Of a stretch of DNA of 64,000 nucleotides, positions 39,107 through 48,443 are shown in pieces. The DNA is from an uncultured virus (IMG/VR IMGVR_UViG_3300009838_000017) (taxonomy: Duplodnaviria; Heunggongvirae; Uroviricota; Caudoviricetes). A program made the position numbers and the translations under genes. The stretch covers positions 62,001 through 126,000 of IMG/VR virus record IMGVR_UViG_3300009838_000017. The stretch is one strand, 5' to 3'. Below the pieces are notes generated by a model that did no database searches, was not told the origin of the DNA, and saw nothing but the letters and a program-made list of their open reading frames with translations. Every line of letters begins with the position of its first letter. Position 1 is the stretch's first letter.

Positions 39107-39676
39107 TCAGAGAATCTTGCCTGTACCTACCCCACCAGAGGAGGCTGGTGACCCCGAGCCAACGATGGGGATTGGAAAGACAAGAGACTGTAGGGTCATC
39201 ATCAAGGCCATCGAAATAGCGTTGGCCTTCTGGGTTGCACCCTGGCCTTTGATGCCGACGCTACCAAAGCCCTGCATCAAAGAAGAAAAAGCTGGGGGGC
39301 CTACGATGCGACCCACCCCAGCCCCGGTACCTACCGTCGGGTGCTGAGTTTGGAGGACCCCCTGAGCCATCCCGAGAGCGATTCCATTTGCAAGTCCAGT
39401 TGCCTCAAGGGGAGCCATCGGACCAAGCAACCCATTCGAGGCAAAAGCAGCTAGAAGATTGACGATCATCAGTGGAGGAGGGATGATGAAGGGGGCTATC
39501 CCGACACCTACACCCAGAACTCCAGCGTCTACGGTTGTAACGGTTTGCTGCTGAGCCCACATAGACAGGCCCATACCGATTCCAGAGGCAAGCTGAGGTA
39601 CAGACGTGCCCAACATGCCACCGGAGATCAGTCCCGTGGTGATGGTGGCCGTAAGTGCAGGTGGCACAAGCGGCAT
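39107..39676 (-). CDS. Gly/Ala-rich hydrophobic protein following the spike gene, 189 aa
   Basis: ORF coupled to the spike gene; two similar halves. Confidence 0.65.
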   Translation of the reverse strand: MPLVPPALTATITTGLISGGMLGTSVPQLASGIGMGLSMWAQQQTVTTVDAGVLGVGVGIAPFIIPPPLMIVNLLAAFASNGLLGPMAPLEATGLANGIALGMAQGVLQTQHPTVGTGAGVGRIVGPPAFSSLMQGFGSVGIKGQGATQKANAISMALMMTLQSLVFPIPIVGSGSPASSGGVGTGKIL

Positions 39677-39677
39677 T

Positions 39678-41867
39678 TCAGATGGACCTCACCATGGCTG
39701 AGCCCTGGATGGGGAGTCCAGTGATCCAGTCCAAGCTCGGACTCCCCGGTGGGTGCATCGGAAGCCCTCGGGCCACCCCAAGGACTGCTGGGGGGCCTCC
39801 CAGAAGGATCTGAGGGGCGACTATCGAAACCAGGGTCGATGCCGTGAGGGTCATCCCCAGGCCCGCTGTGATGGCAATCACACCCCCTCCAGCCGTCAAG
39901 GACAAGGCCCCTGCCCCAGTCGAGATGGTCACGGCCCCTGCCCCAGTGGTCAGAGACATAGCACCAGTCCCAACCGTAACCGCATAGGCCCCAGCCGGAC
40001 AGTTGACTGCCACAGCTCCCGCTGCAACCGTGGTCGTCTTGGCTCCCGCCAAGATGTTCTCGATGTGCCCACCCGCCAGAATCGTACAGAGCTTCCCACC
40101 AAGAGCTACCGTCTCCTGGTAGATCATGGCGTAGTAGTTCTGGGTCTTTCCGGAGACCAGGGTATTCCAGCCCCCAAAGTTCCCACTGAAGCCGTTGAGC
40201 CCATTGAGAGCAATGGTACTGGCCTTGACGGTGTAGCCGCCATCCACGGTCTTCTGGTACGAGCCCTTGACCACCTGATTGTCGGTCCCGCCTACATGGG
40301 TCTCAGTGTTCCCCTGGACATCCATGCTGTGGGCCACATCATCCACAGAGTTCCCGCTACCTCGGAAGATGTTCTTGATAGACCCCCGGAAGTTGGTGGT
40401 GATGCACTCCCCGTTCGAGTTGGCCCCGATGTCCAGGTAGACCCCTCCTTCGCAGGTCAGGTGAAGGGAGTATCGGTCAGGGAGCATGGCGCCCAAGAAC
40501 ATCTTGAGGGCTCCCTCCATGTTGACCTCAGCCGAAACGTTCTTGGCTGCATAGTTCTCGCTGGAGGAACCAGGGATGTTGGCGAAGAGCTTCCCCTGCT
40601 TCGAGACAGCCACCGCAAAGGTGCTCTTCGAGGAAGCCCTGGGTGGGGAGATCCTGAAGTAGTAGGCTGCCGCCATGTTGAGGGCTTCGTCCACAGCCGT
40701 TGCCGGGGGTCGAAGGCACTCCTCTACGGTCAGCCCGTTGCCTGCTGCTGAAGCCTGGTCGAAGTCCTCGAAGACCTTGGGCTTCAGGACCCTGGCGTAC
40801 TGCCGTTGCCCCTGAGTCGAGATGGGGTCGTTTCCGACAAGGGTCCCGAAGACCTGCTCGATGTAGGCCCTCGGTCGGTCGATGGGGAACCCATCGATCT
40901 CCTCCAAGACCTCCTGCTCCATGTCCGTCTCGTGACGGATCTCCATCCGGCGCTCGGTGTAGGCCCGGAGAGATCCACCATTGAGGGGGTCCTCGAAGTT
41001 GGTGGCCTGGTTCCCAGAGGGGTAGAACACCTGCCTCCCGTTGGAGTAGGTGGTCGGTGGGAACTCGTCATCCTTGTTGATCCGGTCCAGCCGCTCGTAG
41101 GTTGCCGGGTTGATGAAGGTTGCCGAGGGAGCAATCCCCGTGGTGGACAGGTCATCCTGTCCGAAGTACCTAGCATCCGGACCCCTGACCTTCTTCGTGA
41201 TCACCCCGGTCTTGGGGTCCTTCACGAAGATTTCCAGGGGCAGCTTCATGGCCCCACGACGGATCGGTCCCGAGTACAGGTAAGCCGCTGCATCGGATTC
41301 TACCCTATGAAGGGCCTGACTGACAAAGGTTCGGTCTACGTCCCGAAGCTCGAAGAGATCCCCCGCCCGGTTGGTGAACCGAACATCCTTCGAGAGGTGC
41401 ATCTCTGCACCAGAAGAGGACATTCCGAAGATGTCCCCCTGGCGACCCTTGATGCGCTTGTACCGGATAGGACGACCGAGGAGCTTCTGGGCATCCTCAG
41501 CATCCTCGGGAGAGACTTCGCTAGGGGGTACAGCCGCAAAGGTGTCGAACTTGAGCCCAAGGGAGTTCCCGACCGGCACGTACCCAAGGATGACCGCCTC
41601 GTAGATTTGCTTGCTTCGCTTGCGGTAGCCTATGACAACGACCGATCCGACCTCCGGGATGCCTCCTAGGAAGCTCCTCGGGCCTGCCATAGCGGAGGTC
41701 AGGTCCAGCTCGAAGCGGTTGTCCTGACCAGACAGAACCTTCACGTCGGCCTTCATGTGGAACTCGTCCACCCGAGTGATGATGCCGACCCTCAAACCCT
41801 CAAAAGGCTTGTCTGAGCTTGCGAAGTCCTTGTTCGGGACCTTTCCGTAGTCCACCTTTCTCGTCAT
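39678..41867 (-). CDS. Baseplate central spike (gp5/gpV/VgrG-like), 729 aa
   Basis: N-terminal OB-fold pattern (GIITRVD...GGIPEVGSVVVIGY); C-terminal beta-helix repeats (VTVGTGAMSLTTGAGAVTISTGAGALSLTAGGG). Confidence 0.75.
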   Translation of the reverse strand: MTRKVDYGKVPNKDFASSDKPFEGLRVGIITRVDEFHMKADVKVLSGQDNRFELDLTSAMAGPRSFLGGIPEVGSVVVIGYRKRSKQIYEAVILGYVPVGNSLGLKFDTFAAVPPSEVSPEDAEDAQKLLGRPIRYKRIKGRQGDIFGMSSSGAEMHLSKDVRFTNRAGDLFELRDVDRTFVSQALHRVESDAAAYLYSGPIRRGAMKLPLEIFVKDPKTGVITKKVRGPDARYFGQDDLSTTGIAPSATFINPATYERLDRINKDDEFPPTTYSNGRQVFYPSGNQATNFEDPLNGGSLRAYTERRMEIRHETDMEQEVLEEIDGFPIDRPRAYIEQVFGTLVGNDPISTQGQRQYARVLKPKVFEDFDQASAAGNGLTVEECLRPPATAVDEALNMAAAYYFRISPPRASSKSTFAVAVSKQGKLFANIPGSSSENYAAKNVSAEVNMEGALKMFLGAMLPDRYSLHLTCEGGVYLDIGANSNGECITTNFRGSIKNIFRGSGNSVDDVAHSMDVQGNTETHVGGTDNQVVKGSYQKTVDGGYTVKASTIALNGLNGFSGNFGGWNTLVSGKTQNYYAMIYQETVALGGKLCTILAGGHIENILAGAKTTTVAAGAVAVNCPAGAYAVTVGTGAMSLTTGAGAVTISTGAGALSLTAGGGVIAITAGLGMTLTASTLVSIVAPQILLGGPPAVLGVARGLPMHPPGSPSLDWITGLPIQGSAMVRSI

Positions 41868-41870
41868 GGT

Positions 41871-44800
41871 TTACCCGAGCAAGGCAAGCTCGGCCTCCTT
41901 GTTGGCTCGGTCCTGTTCGGCTGCATCAATCTGCTTCTGAAGCTCCTCGGGGTCGTCCTTCCCCAGGATCGTGACAGAACCAGACCCAGAAGAGGCAATC
42001 GCCATGGCCTGACGCTTCTTCAAGCGGTCGATCTTGGCAGTCAAAGCGTTGATCTCGGACTTGAGTTGGGCCTTCTTCGTGTTCTTCTTCAGGTTGTCAC
42101 CGAAGTCCGAGAAGGATTGCTTCAGGTCCCCCATGGCAGAGCTGGCCTGTTGAGCCGTTGCAACAGGGTCACCAAGGTTGGATCGGTTGGGTGAGCTGAA
42201 GGGCGGAGAGAAGTTCCCCTGCTCCGGATCACCCTCAGCTCCGGTGAACAAATCGGGGACCTGACGTTCCCCCGAAATCTCCCCCTGAAGCTCAAACCCA
42301 GAGGGGTCCCCTCGAAGAGACTTCTCGAAGTCTTGGTGAGGCGTGTCGAGGGCTTGGTAGAGCGTCATGAGGTACTTCTCGACCCTCTCGATAGCCTCAC
42401 TCGCCTTCAGGGTTGGGGGTTTGACAGGAGCCTCATAGTAGGACTGTGACCCGGCAGAATCCTCAGCAGAGATTGAGTGGTAGTCAAAGTTGATGCTCCC
42501 ATCTGCTGCTGCCCCACCACTACCAGCACCATCTGCCTGGAACTCATTTCCACCCGCATTCCTGTTCCCATAGAGGGAGTCACCTAGGACAGGGGAAGAA
42601 GGGTTGATCGTCTTGACCTGGTAGCCCACATTGATGAAGGTCAGATCCGCCCGCCCCGTTTGACACGGGCAGTCAGGGTCACCTGGAACCAGTTCTGAAC
42701 GAACGGTCATCTCAGCAAGGGTCAAAGCCCTGGATAGCTGCCCCGCTTCGACACTCGGGGGTACCCCCTTGGCCTCAGCAGATCCAAGGGGTGCTGAGTC
42801 AACGAAGTTGGTTCCTGTGTTCGCAAACTCGAACTTCCGAACCCCGTTCTCCATGGTCCAAGTGCCAGCGGACTGAAGGTCCTCAGGCATGAGCCTTGCC
42901 ACGGCATCAGCAGGATTCGGGTAAGCCGTGATGACCGAGGTGAGGCCCTGACTCTGAGCAGTGAGGGTAGCAAAGAGGTCCCCACCCAAGGCTAGCTGGG
43001 CACCAATCTCGGTTTGCTGGTTGTTCTGACCCTCGTTGTAGACCAAGGACCCGTCTCGAAGAGACACCCCACGCCCGTACCGGAAGTGACCGATGACCTC
43101 GAACCCACGCTCATCTGAGACTGGCCTGACCATCGAGGTGGGAGTCTCTAGCTTGATGCCCTCCTCCGTGAATGGGCTATCACCCCCAGACACAACGATG
43201 TTCTTGGAAGGAATCAAGGCAAACTGGGTGACCGACTTGTCTACATCGTGAGCATAGACATAGACCCCAGCAGAATTCAGGCCATAGGAGTATCGGTTGT
43301 GCGAGTATTTGCCCTGAAGCTCTTCGGTCCTCCCGAAGGCTGAGGCTTTCTTGGCCTCTTCCCTAGCAGCCTTCTGCCGCTGCTCGGTTTGGGCCTTTGT
43401 GGCCTTTGGTGCTTGCTTGTTTGACCCAGCCTTCTTCTCACCTGCGATGGCCTCATACCCCTTCTTCCCGTCATAGGGCCTCGTGTAGACCATCACGACA
43501 TTGGGGTAGCCCACCACCTTCCCAGTCTTGGGGTGGCGAAGGAGCAGTGGCTTGTAGGGTTCCGAAGTCTTCGGGTCATCGGGGTTCATCCCGATGGGTG
43601 GGATCGTGGCAGCGTCCCCCATCTCCAAGGCAAACGCCCGGTCTCGAAGTTGACGAATGGTGGGAGGACCCTGGATCTTGCCACTGGGGGTTGGCTTCTT
43701 CGGGGGTGACTTTCCCTTCTTCTTCTCCGGGGCAAGCCTGTTGAACTCCGCCAAAGCCTTCTCATAGTAGGCTTCAGAGGCGTCCCCCTTGGTCTTGAGG
43801 GTCGAGATTCCTTGGATGGCAACGAACTTCTGCCGTCTTGCAGTCAGAGTCAGGGAGGTTGTGGCCCTTCCACCAAAGGCAATACTGTGGGAGATCCCCT
43901 TGATGTACCAGACCTGATCCTTGGGTGCGATGTAGACGGGGAAGCCAAGGCGAAGCTCAGGTCGGAACGGAATGGTAACCGTCCCCTGGTGCCGCCTGGA
44001 GTTCAGGCGGTCGAGGATGTCCATCCCGTGGTAGAACATCCGGGTCAGGTCCCCCATGAACTCCGAGTTGAAGGTATGAGGGCGCCAGCCATACTGCCGA
44101 AGCAAGTGGTAGTCAGTTACGCTCGTAAACGGAGTGATCTCTGGCCCGAACCCGTAGTCTACGTTCCCGCCGTAGGACCCCTGGATGGTGAGCTGGGTGA
44201 CCACCTCCGCCTCGGACTCAGAGAAGTCCCAGTCGATGATGTCGATGTCCTGAATCCACGAAACTGGCTTGTTTGAGAGGATATCCAGGTTGTAGAAGGG
44301 GGGCTTGAAGACAATGTCCCCAGTCACATCCATGTAGAACTCGAACCCGATAGCCTCCTTGCAGGCATTGGCGATTTCGAGCTTGGTCTGGTACTCAGAC
44401 TGCCAAAAGTTGACCTCACCAGCCTGAGAGAACTGGGTCCGAAAGGCAGTCACGTCCGGGTCAGTGGGGTCGAAGGCAAGCTGGGCTGCCAGGGGACCCC
44501 CGTTGGCATTCCGGACGGCGTTGGCTACCGGGGTCAGACCCTTGGTTGGGGTGAACTTTGACTGCTCGTAGCTGTGGGCAACCGAGTCCCCTCGAATGGC
44601 GATTCCATTGACCCCATACAGGAGGAGGTTCGAGCGAATCCGAGAGAAGCGCTGGGACCAGTAGGACATGATGTCCCCAAGGGCAGCGTTGAAGGTGGCC
44701 TTCTGCCCAGCCTCCTTGTAGAGGCTCACGAGCGACCCAGTCCCCAGGATCACGTCCCCGAAGCTCATCTGAGCCAAGGTGAAGATGAGGTCGTAGGGGT

Positions 44801-45320
44801 TGGTCCCGAAGAGGACGTTCCCGAAGATCGACCTTCCAAGGGACGGTGTGGGAGCCGTGAACGCAGGGTTCACGTTCATCCGGCAAATCTCCCACCACTT
44901 CAAGATATCGGCACAACTGAGTGTGACTGTGTGCTCTCCATTGGAGTAGGAGTCGGACACTTCTGTGATGAGCCCCCAGAAAGTAGGGTAATACTGGGGG
45001 ATCCCCTCAAGTAGGTAGAATCCCTTGGAGAAAATCTCCACTTCCATCATGGGTGAGATGACCGGAACCCCGTCCATGTAGAAGTCGTCCACGACATGGC
45101 GTGGGACACTCAGGTTGATGGTGGCGGACCCAGGGACGCTGTCTATGTCGAGGCTGGTCTGGATCTGGGTGATGTACTTGCCAAAGTCGAACCGACGCTT
45201 GCAGGTGGCACACCCGATGATATCCGTCTCCCCGTTGATGTAGACAATGGAATCAGGGGCCATGACCACGGTTGGCCTGGCGTTAGGGGTGTAGGTTCCT
45301 TGAAAGGGTCCTCGTGCCAT
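41871..45320 (-). CDS. Baseplate hub protein (gp27/gpD-like), 1149 aa
   Basis: ITQIQTSLD...ATINL, FWGLITEVSDSY, KLEIA...FEFYMDVTGDIVFKPPFY and RPELRLGFPV...YIKGISHSI hub motifs; position before the spike. Confidence 0.75.
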   Translation of the reverse strand: MARGPFQGTYTPNARPTVVMAPDSIVYINGETDIIGCATCKRRFDFGKYITQIQTSLDIDSVPGSATINLSVPRHVVDDFYMDGVPVISPMMEVEIFSKGFYLLEGIPQYYPTFWGLITEVSDSYSNGEHTVTLSCADILKWWEICRMNVNPAFTAPTPSLGRSIFGNVLFGTNPYDLIFTLAQMSFGDVILGTGSLVSLYKEAGQKATFNAALGDIMSYWSQRFSRIRSNLLLYGVNGIAIRGDSVAHSYEQSKFTPTKGLTPVANAVRNANGGPLAAQLAFDPTDPDVTAFRTQFSQAGEVNFWQSEYQTKLEIANACKEAIGFEFYMDVTGDIVFKPPFYNLDILSNKPVSWIQDIDIIDWDFSESEAEVVTQLTIQGSYGGNVDYGFGPEITPFTSVTDYHLLRQYGWRPHTFNSEFMGDLTRMFYHGMDILDRLNSRRHQGTVTIPFRPELRLGFPVYIAPKDQVWYIKGISHSIAFGGRATTSLTLTARRQKFVAIQGISTLKTKGDASEAYYEKALAEFNRLAPEKKKGKSPPKKPTPSGKIQGPPTIRQLRDRAFALEMGDAATIPPIGMNPDDPKTSEPYKPLLLRHPKTGKVVGYPNVVMVYTRPYDGKKGYEAIAGEKKAGSNKQAPKATKAQTEQRQKAAREEAKKASAFGRTEELQGKYSHNRYSYGLNSAGVYVYAHDVDKSVTQFALIPSKNIVVSGGDSPFTEEGIKLETPTSMVRPVSDERGFEVIGHFRYGRGVSLRDGSLVYNEGQNNQQTEIGAQLALGGDLFATLTAQSQGLTSVITAYPNPADAVARLMPEDLQSAGTWTMENGVRKFEFANTGTNFVDSAPLGSAEAKGVPPSVEAGQLSRALTLAEMTVRSELVPGDPDCPCQTGRADLTFINVGYQVKTINPSSPVLGDSLYGNRNAGGNEFQADGAGSGGAAADGSINFDYHSISAEDSAGSQSYYEAPVKPPTLKASEAIERVEKYLMTLYQALDTPHQDFEKSLRGDPSGFELQGEISGERQVPDLFTGAEGDPEQGNFSPPFSSPNRSNLGDPVATAQQASSAMGDLKQSFSDFGDNLKKNTKKAQLKSEINALTAKIDRLKKRQAMAIASSGSGSVTILGKDDPEELQKQIDAAEQDRANKEAELALLG

Positions 45321-45322
45321 GA

Positions 45323-47563
45323 CTACTTCTTCCCCTTCTTCTGGGCCTGAGTTGGCTTAGGAACCGCTTGCCCACCACCAGTTGCCGCTGCTACGGCTGG
45401 GTCGATGGTAGTGTCTCCAGAAGGTGGGAGACTGGCGAAGAACGCCTCTTGTCTTGCCTTCTCATCCGCCTCACGAGCCCACTGCTCTTCGATTGTCTGG
45501 GGGGCATCAGGCGGGACCTCCACAATGGTGTGGCTGTCCTCCTCATCCTTTTGGAAGAGAGCATCCTCTCCTGAGAGGGCTGGGGACCCCTTGAACAGGT
45601 CCTTGTTCCCGTAGTCGTACTCATCTGGGCGGTCGAGGAGGAACGTTGCCCGAACCGTGAACTGGAAGTTGTACTCCAGGGTGTAGGGCTTGTCGTCAGT
45701 CTCAGTGATGTTGAAGTTGTCGAACGACCCGATGTACAGAGTCGAGTCGTAGTAGATGTAGATCGACCCTACCAGGGACAGTCGGGTGAAGAAGCTGCTC
45801 TTGCTGTTCTGCTGTTCCAAACCTGAGGTGAACAGGTATCCGTTATTCTTGTAGAGCAGGTACAAGGACAGGAAGTTCTGGAAGCTCTCCGAGTATTGCC
45901 TAGCGACCCGTGTGAGACCTGGACTGGACCCATCCGAGTCGGGGGTCTGGCTGTTGGCGTCAATGGCAAAGAAGGCTGCCAGAGTCCCTGAGGCATCGAG
46001 CTTGTCCTGCTGGTCCCCCCAATGCTCGATGATGTGCCCATTCCGGGTCCAGTTCCCATCGTTGCATATCTTTTCCGAGCTGATCTTGAAGCTCTTGGGG
46101 TTGACCAGGAGTCGAAGAGGTGGGGTGTCTCTCATCTTGTTGATGAGCATAGCTGTCTGGAAAGCCTCAGCCGCCTGAGCAGCCTGGAACCTCTTCCCAA
46201 TGTCCGAGGTGTTCAGGTCTGTGTCTGTCTTCTTGACATCCGCAGCCTTAGCCGCAGCAGCATCCTTGCTCCCAGACCCGGCCCAAGCCCCGTTGGTACT
46301 TGGGGGCTCCCCAGCCGTCTTGGCATCCATAGTGCAGTTGCCACTGTAGTCCGACCCAGGCATGAACCTGAACAGGTTGTCCGGCTTCAGGCCACCACCC
46401 TTACCCCCCTTGTTCCACCCTGGGGCAGTCCGATCTCGGTAGGCAAAGACGCTTTCCCTGAAGGCGCAAGCATCTGGAGAGTGGGCTGGAAGGCTAGTTC
46501 CTGGATCGAGCTGCACTCCGTAAGGGGCCATCCCCCTAGCAACATCCCCCAGAAGGGCTGGAAACAGCCCATTCTTCGGGCTTGCTGCCGTCCCATGGTA
46601 GTAGACCTCTACGGGCTCCCCATAATAACCGCCCTGAGCAAGGGAGGTCATATACCCCATCACGTCCCCAGCACGAGCTGAATCACCAACATTTTGACTC
46701 CGCAAGTGACCTAGGAAGCCTCTTGCCCCCTCCTCTGTAGTGGCATAGGAGTTGAAGTACATCCCGTTTGTCCACCTGAAAGTCTCACGCCCCTCGGGTG
46801 GTTTCGGGTAGTTACCTACGAACCCGAAGTTGTTGTTTGGGAGGTTGCCCCCAGTCTCACGCATAGCCTGAGCAACATAGAACTGCATCTCAGTAGGGGT
46901 TGCGTCCTTCCCGTACATGCTTCGATAGGCGTTAGACAGGACATTCCAGAGCTGGGGAATAGAGAGACGGGTCATGATAGGCGGACCTCCGTTGGGTCCT
47001 GCCCCTCCCCCTCCCCCTGGTACACCATCGGACTTTCCTGTCCCCTGCCCAATCGTGTAGCCGGAGACCGTCACGATGGGCATTGTCTTACTACCCCCAC
47101 CAGAAGCACCCCCAGGAGCACCAGCCTTGGCCCCAGAGAAGTCTAGCTCCTGGTCAGGCCAACCAGTGGCGTTTGCAATCGAAGCCGACCGGTCGAGAAG
47201 CCTCCCTGTGACGGTGGCTGAAGGTGGGATGAGCCCAACCACGAAGAGCTTTGGGTTGGCCTTCGTTTGGGAGATTGGAATGAAGTCGGTGTTAGAGTCT
47301 TGCTCAAACTGAGAGCTGGAGAAGAAGGTGAGTAGTTTCCGGTAGAGTTCCGGAGAGTAGTAGTCAGCCTTGTTCTCGATGTCCGTGATGACCCGTTCGC
47401 CACGCCGAACACCTGGAGGGAGAGGATGCGATGAAGCCTGCCCACTCGTCACCGGGGGGAACACCATCCCCTCGAAAGTAGTGGGGTCCTGTGGAGATCC
47501 CCAACCACTCTGATAGTTCAGAGGCTCGTTCCCAGTAGGGTCTGTGATGTTCTTGGTCGCCAT
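45323..47563 (-). CDS. Tube-initiator-like baseplate protein with GH73/FlgJ-like muramidase domain, 746 aa
   Basis: AQAMRETG..NNNFG...FNSYATTEEGARGF...LAQGGYY resembles GH73; C-terminal LLVNPKS...HWGD...YIGSFDNFNITE...FQFTV domain is paralogous to the next gene. Confidence 0.7.
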   Translation of the reverse strand: MATKNITDPTGNEPLNYQSGWGSPQDPTTFEGMVFPPVTSGQASSHPLPPGVRRGERVITDIENKADYYSPELYRKLLTFFSSSQFEQDSNTDFIPISQTKANPKLFVVGLIPPSATVTGRLLDRSASIANATGWPDQELDFSGAKAGAPGGASGGGSKTMPIVTVSGYTIGQGTGKSDGVPGGGGGAGPNGGPPIMTRLSIPQLWNVLSNAYRSMYGKDATPTEMQFYVAQAMRETGGNLPNNNFGFVGNYPKPPEGRETFRWTNGMYFNSYATTEEGARGFLGHLRSQNVGDSARAGDVMGYMTSLAQGGYYGEPVEVYYHGTAASPKNGLFPALLGDVARGMAPYGVQLDPGTSLPAHSPDACAFRESVFAYRDRTAPGWNKGGKGGGLKPDNLFRFMPGSDYSGNCTMDAKTAGEPPSTNGAWAGSGSKDAAAAKAADVKKTDTDLNTSDIGKRFQAAQAAEAFQTAMLINKMRDTPPLRLLVNPKSFKISSEKICNDGNWTRNGHIIEHWGDQQDKLDASGTLAAFFAIDANSQTPDSDGSSPGLTRVARQYSESFQNFLSLYLLYKNNGYLFTSGLEQQNSKSSFFTRLSLVGSIYIYYDSTLYIGSFDNFNITETDDKPYTLEYNFQFTVRATFLLDRPDEYDYGNKDLFKGSPALSGEDALFQKDEEDSHTIVEVPPDAPQTIEEQWAREADEKARQEAFFASLPPSGDTTIDPAVAAATGGGQAVPKPTQAQKKGKK

Positions 47564-47573
47564 CTCCTAGACT

Positions 47574-48443
47574 CTATTCCTTGGTGGTTGGGAGCTTGGG
47601 GGCATCCGGGTTCGAGGGGGCTGAGGGTAGTCCGCCCAAGAAGTCCATGACGGAGTTGTACCCAGACACAACTGCGTTGTACCCGGCTACAGCAGTCTGT
47701 CGAAGAACCTCTGCCCGAGCCTCACTCGCCTTTTTCTCCTCGGCAGCTTTTTCCTCCTCAAGCCGATTGTAGTATTGGGCGTTGGTCTCCCCTTGGTTGG
47801 TGACCTCGACCTTCTTCCCGTTCATGCTCTGGAATGTCGGAGCCCCTCTGGAGAACTCATCGGTGTAGGGGATCTTCTGGATGGTGTGCTCCACCTTGAA
47901 GGTCCACGAAATCTTGAAGGCGAAGGGACTATCGTCAGTCTCCTCCACCGAGAAGTTGCGAAAAGTCCCAATGTAGGTCCCCCGGTCGAACATGAGCATG
48001 ATCCACCCCTGGAGAACGATGTTCCCAAAAGGGTCGTAGACCGAGCCGTTGTTTCGATAGAGGTCATAGAGGTCCCGGTACCTGTCCCAGGCAATGGTCC
48101 TCTGCCTGAGAACCGAGGAGAGCCCTGTATACAGGTTCACGAAGGCTCCAGTAGACTGGTCCACCGAGATTTCAGTCAGCTCATCACCCCAGTGCTGTTC
48201 GACGAACCCTCCCCTGGTCTGAATCCGCTCGACCTTCTTGGTGAAGGTCTCAGCAAAGCTCATCGGGTTGACGTGGGCAACCAGGGCATGAGGGAGTAGG
48301 ACCTTCTGGTGGTCATAGGGGCTGGTAACCTGGAAGGCGAGTGGGACATAGTGCTTCCTGGTGTCCGCACCATGGATGTAGACTGCCTTCCCATCCGTGG
48401 TGGGAGCGAAGTTCGACGGATTGGCGGATCGAATGTAGCCCAT
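47574..48443 (-). CDS. Tail tube-initiator/baseplate protein (gp48/gp54-like position), 289 aa
   Basis: HVNPMSF...IQTRGGFVEQHWGD...YIGTFRNFSVEE...FKV; directly after the tape measure gene (1-nt overlap). Confidence 0.7.
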   Translation of the reverse strand: MGYIRSANPSNFAPTTDGKAVYIHGADTRKHYVPLAFQVTSPYDHQKVLLPHALVAHVNPMSFAETFTKKVERIQTRGGFVEQHWGDELTEISVDQSTGAFVNLYTGLSSVLRQRTIAWDRYRDLYDLYRNNGSVYDPFGNIVLQGWIMLMFDRGTYIGTFRNFSVEETDDSPFAFKISWTFKVEHTIQKIPYTDEFSRGAPTFQSMNGKKVEVTNQGETNAQYYNRLEEEKAAEEKKASEARAEVLRQTAVAGYNAVVSGYNSVMDFLGGLPSAPSNPDAPKLPTTKE

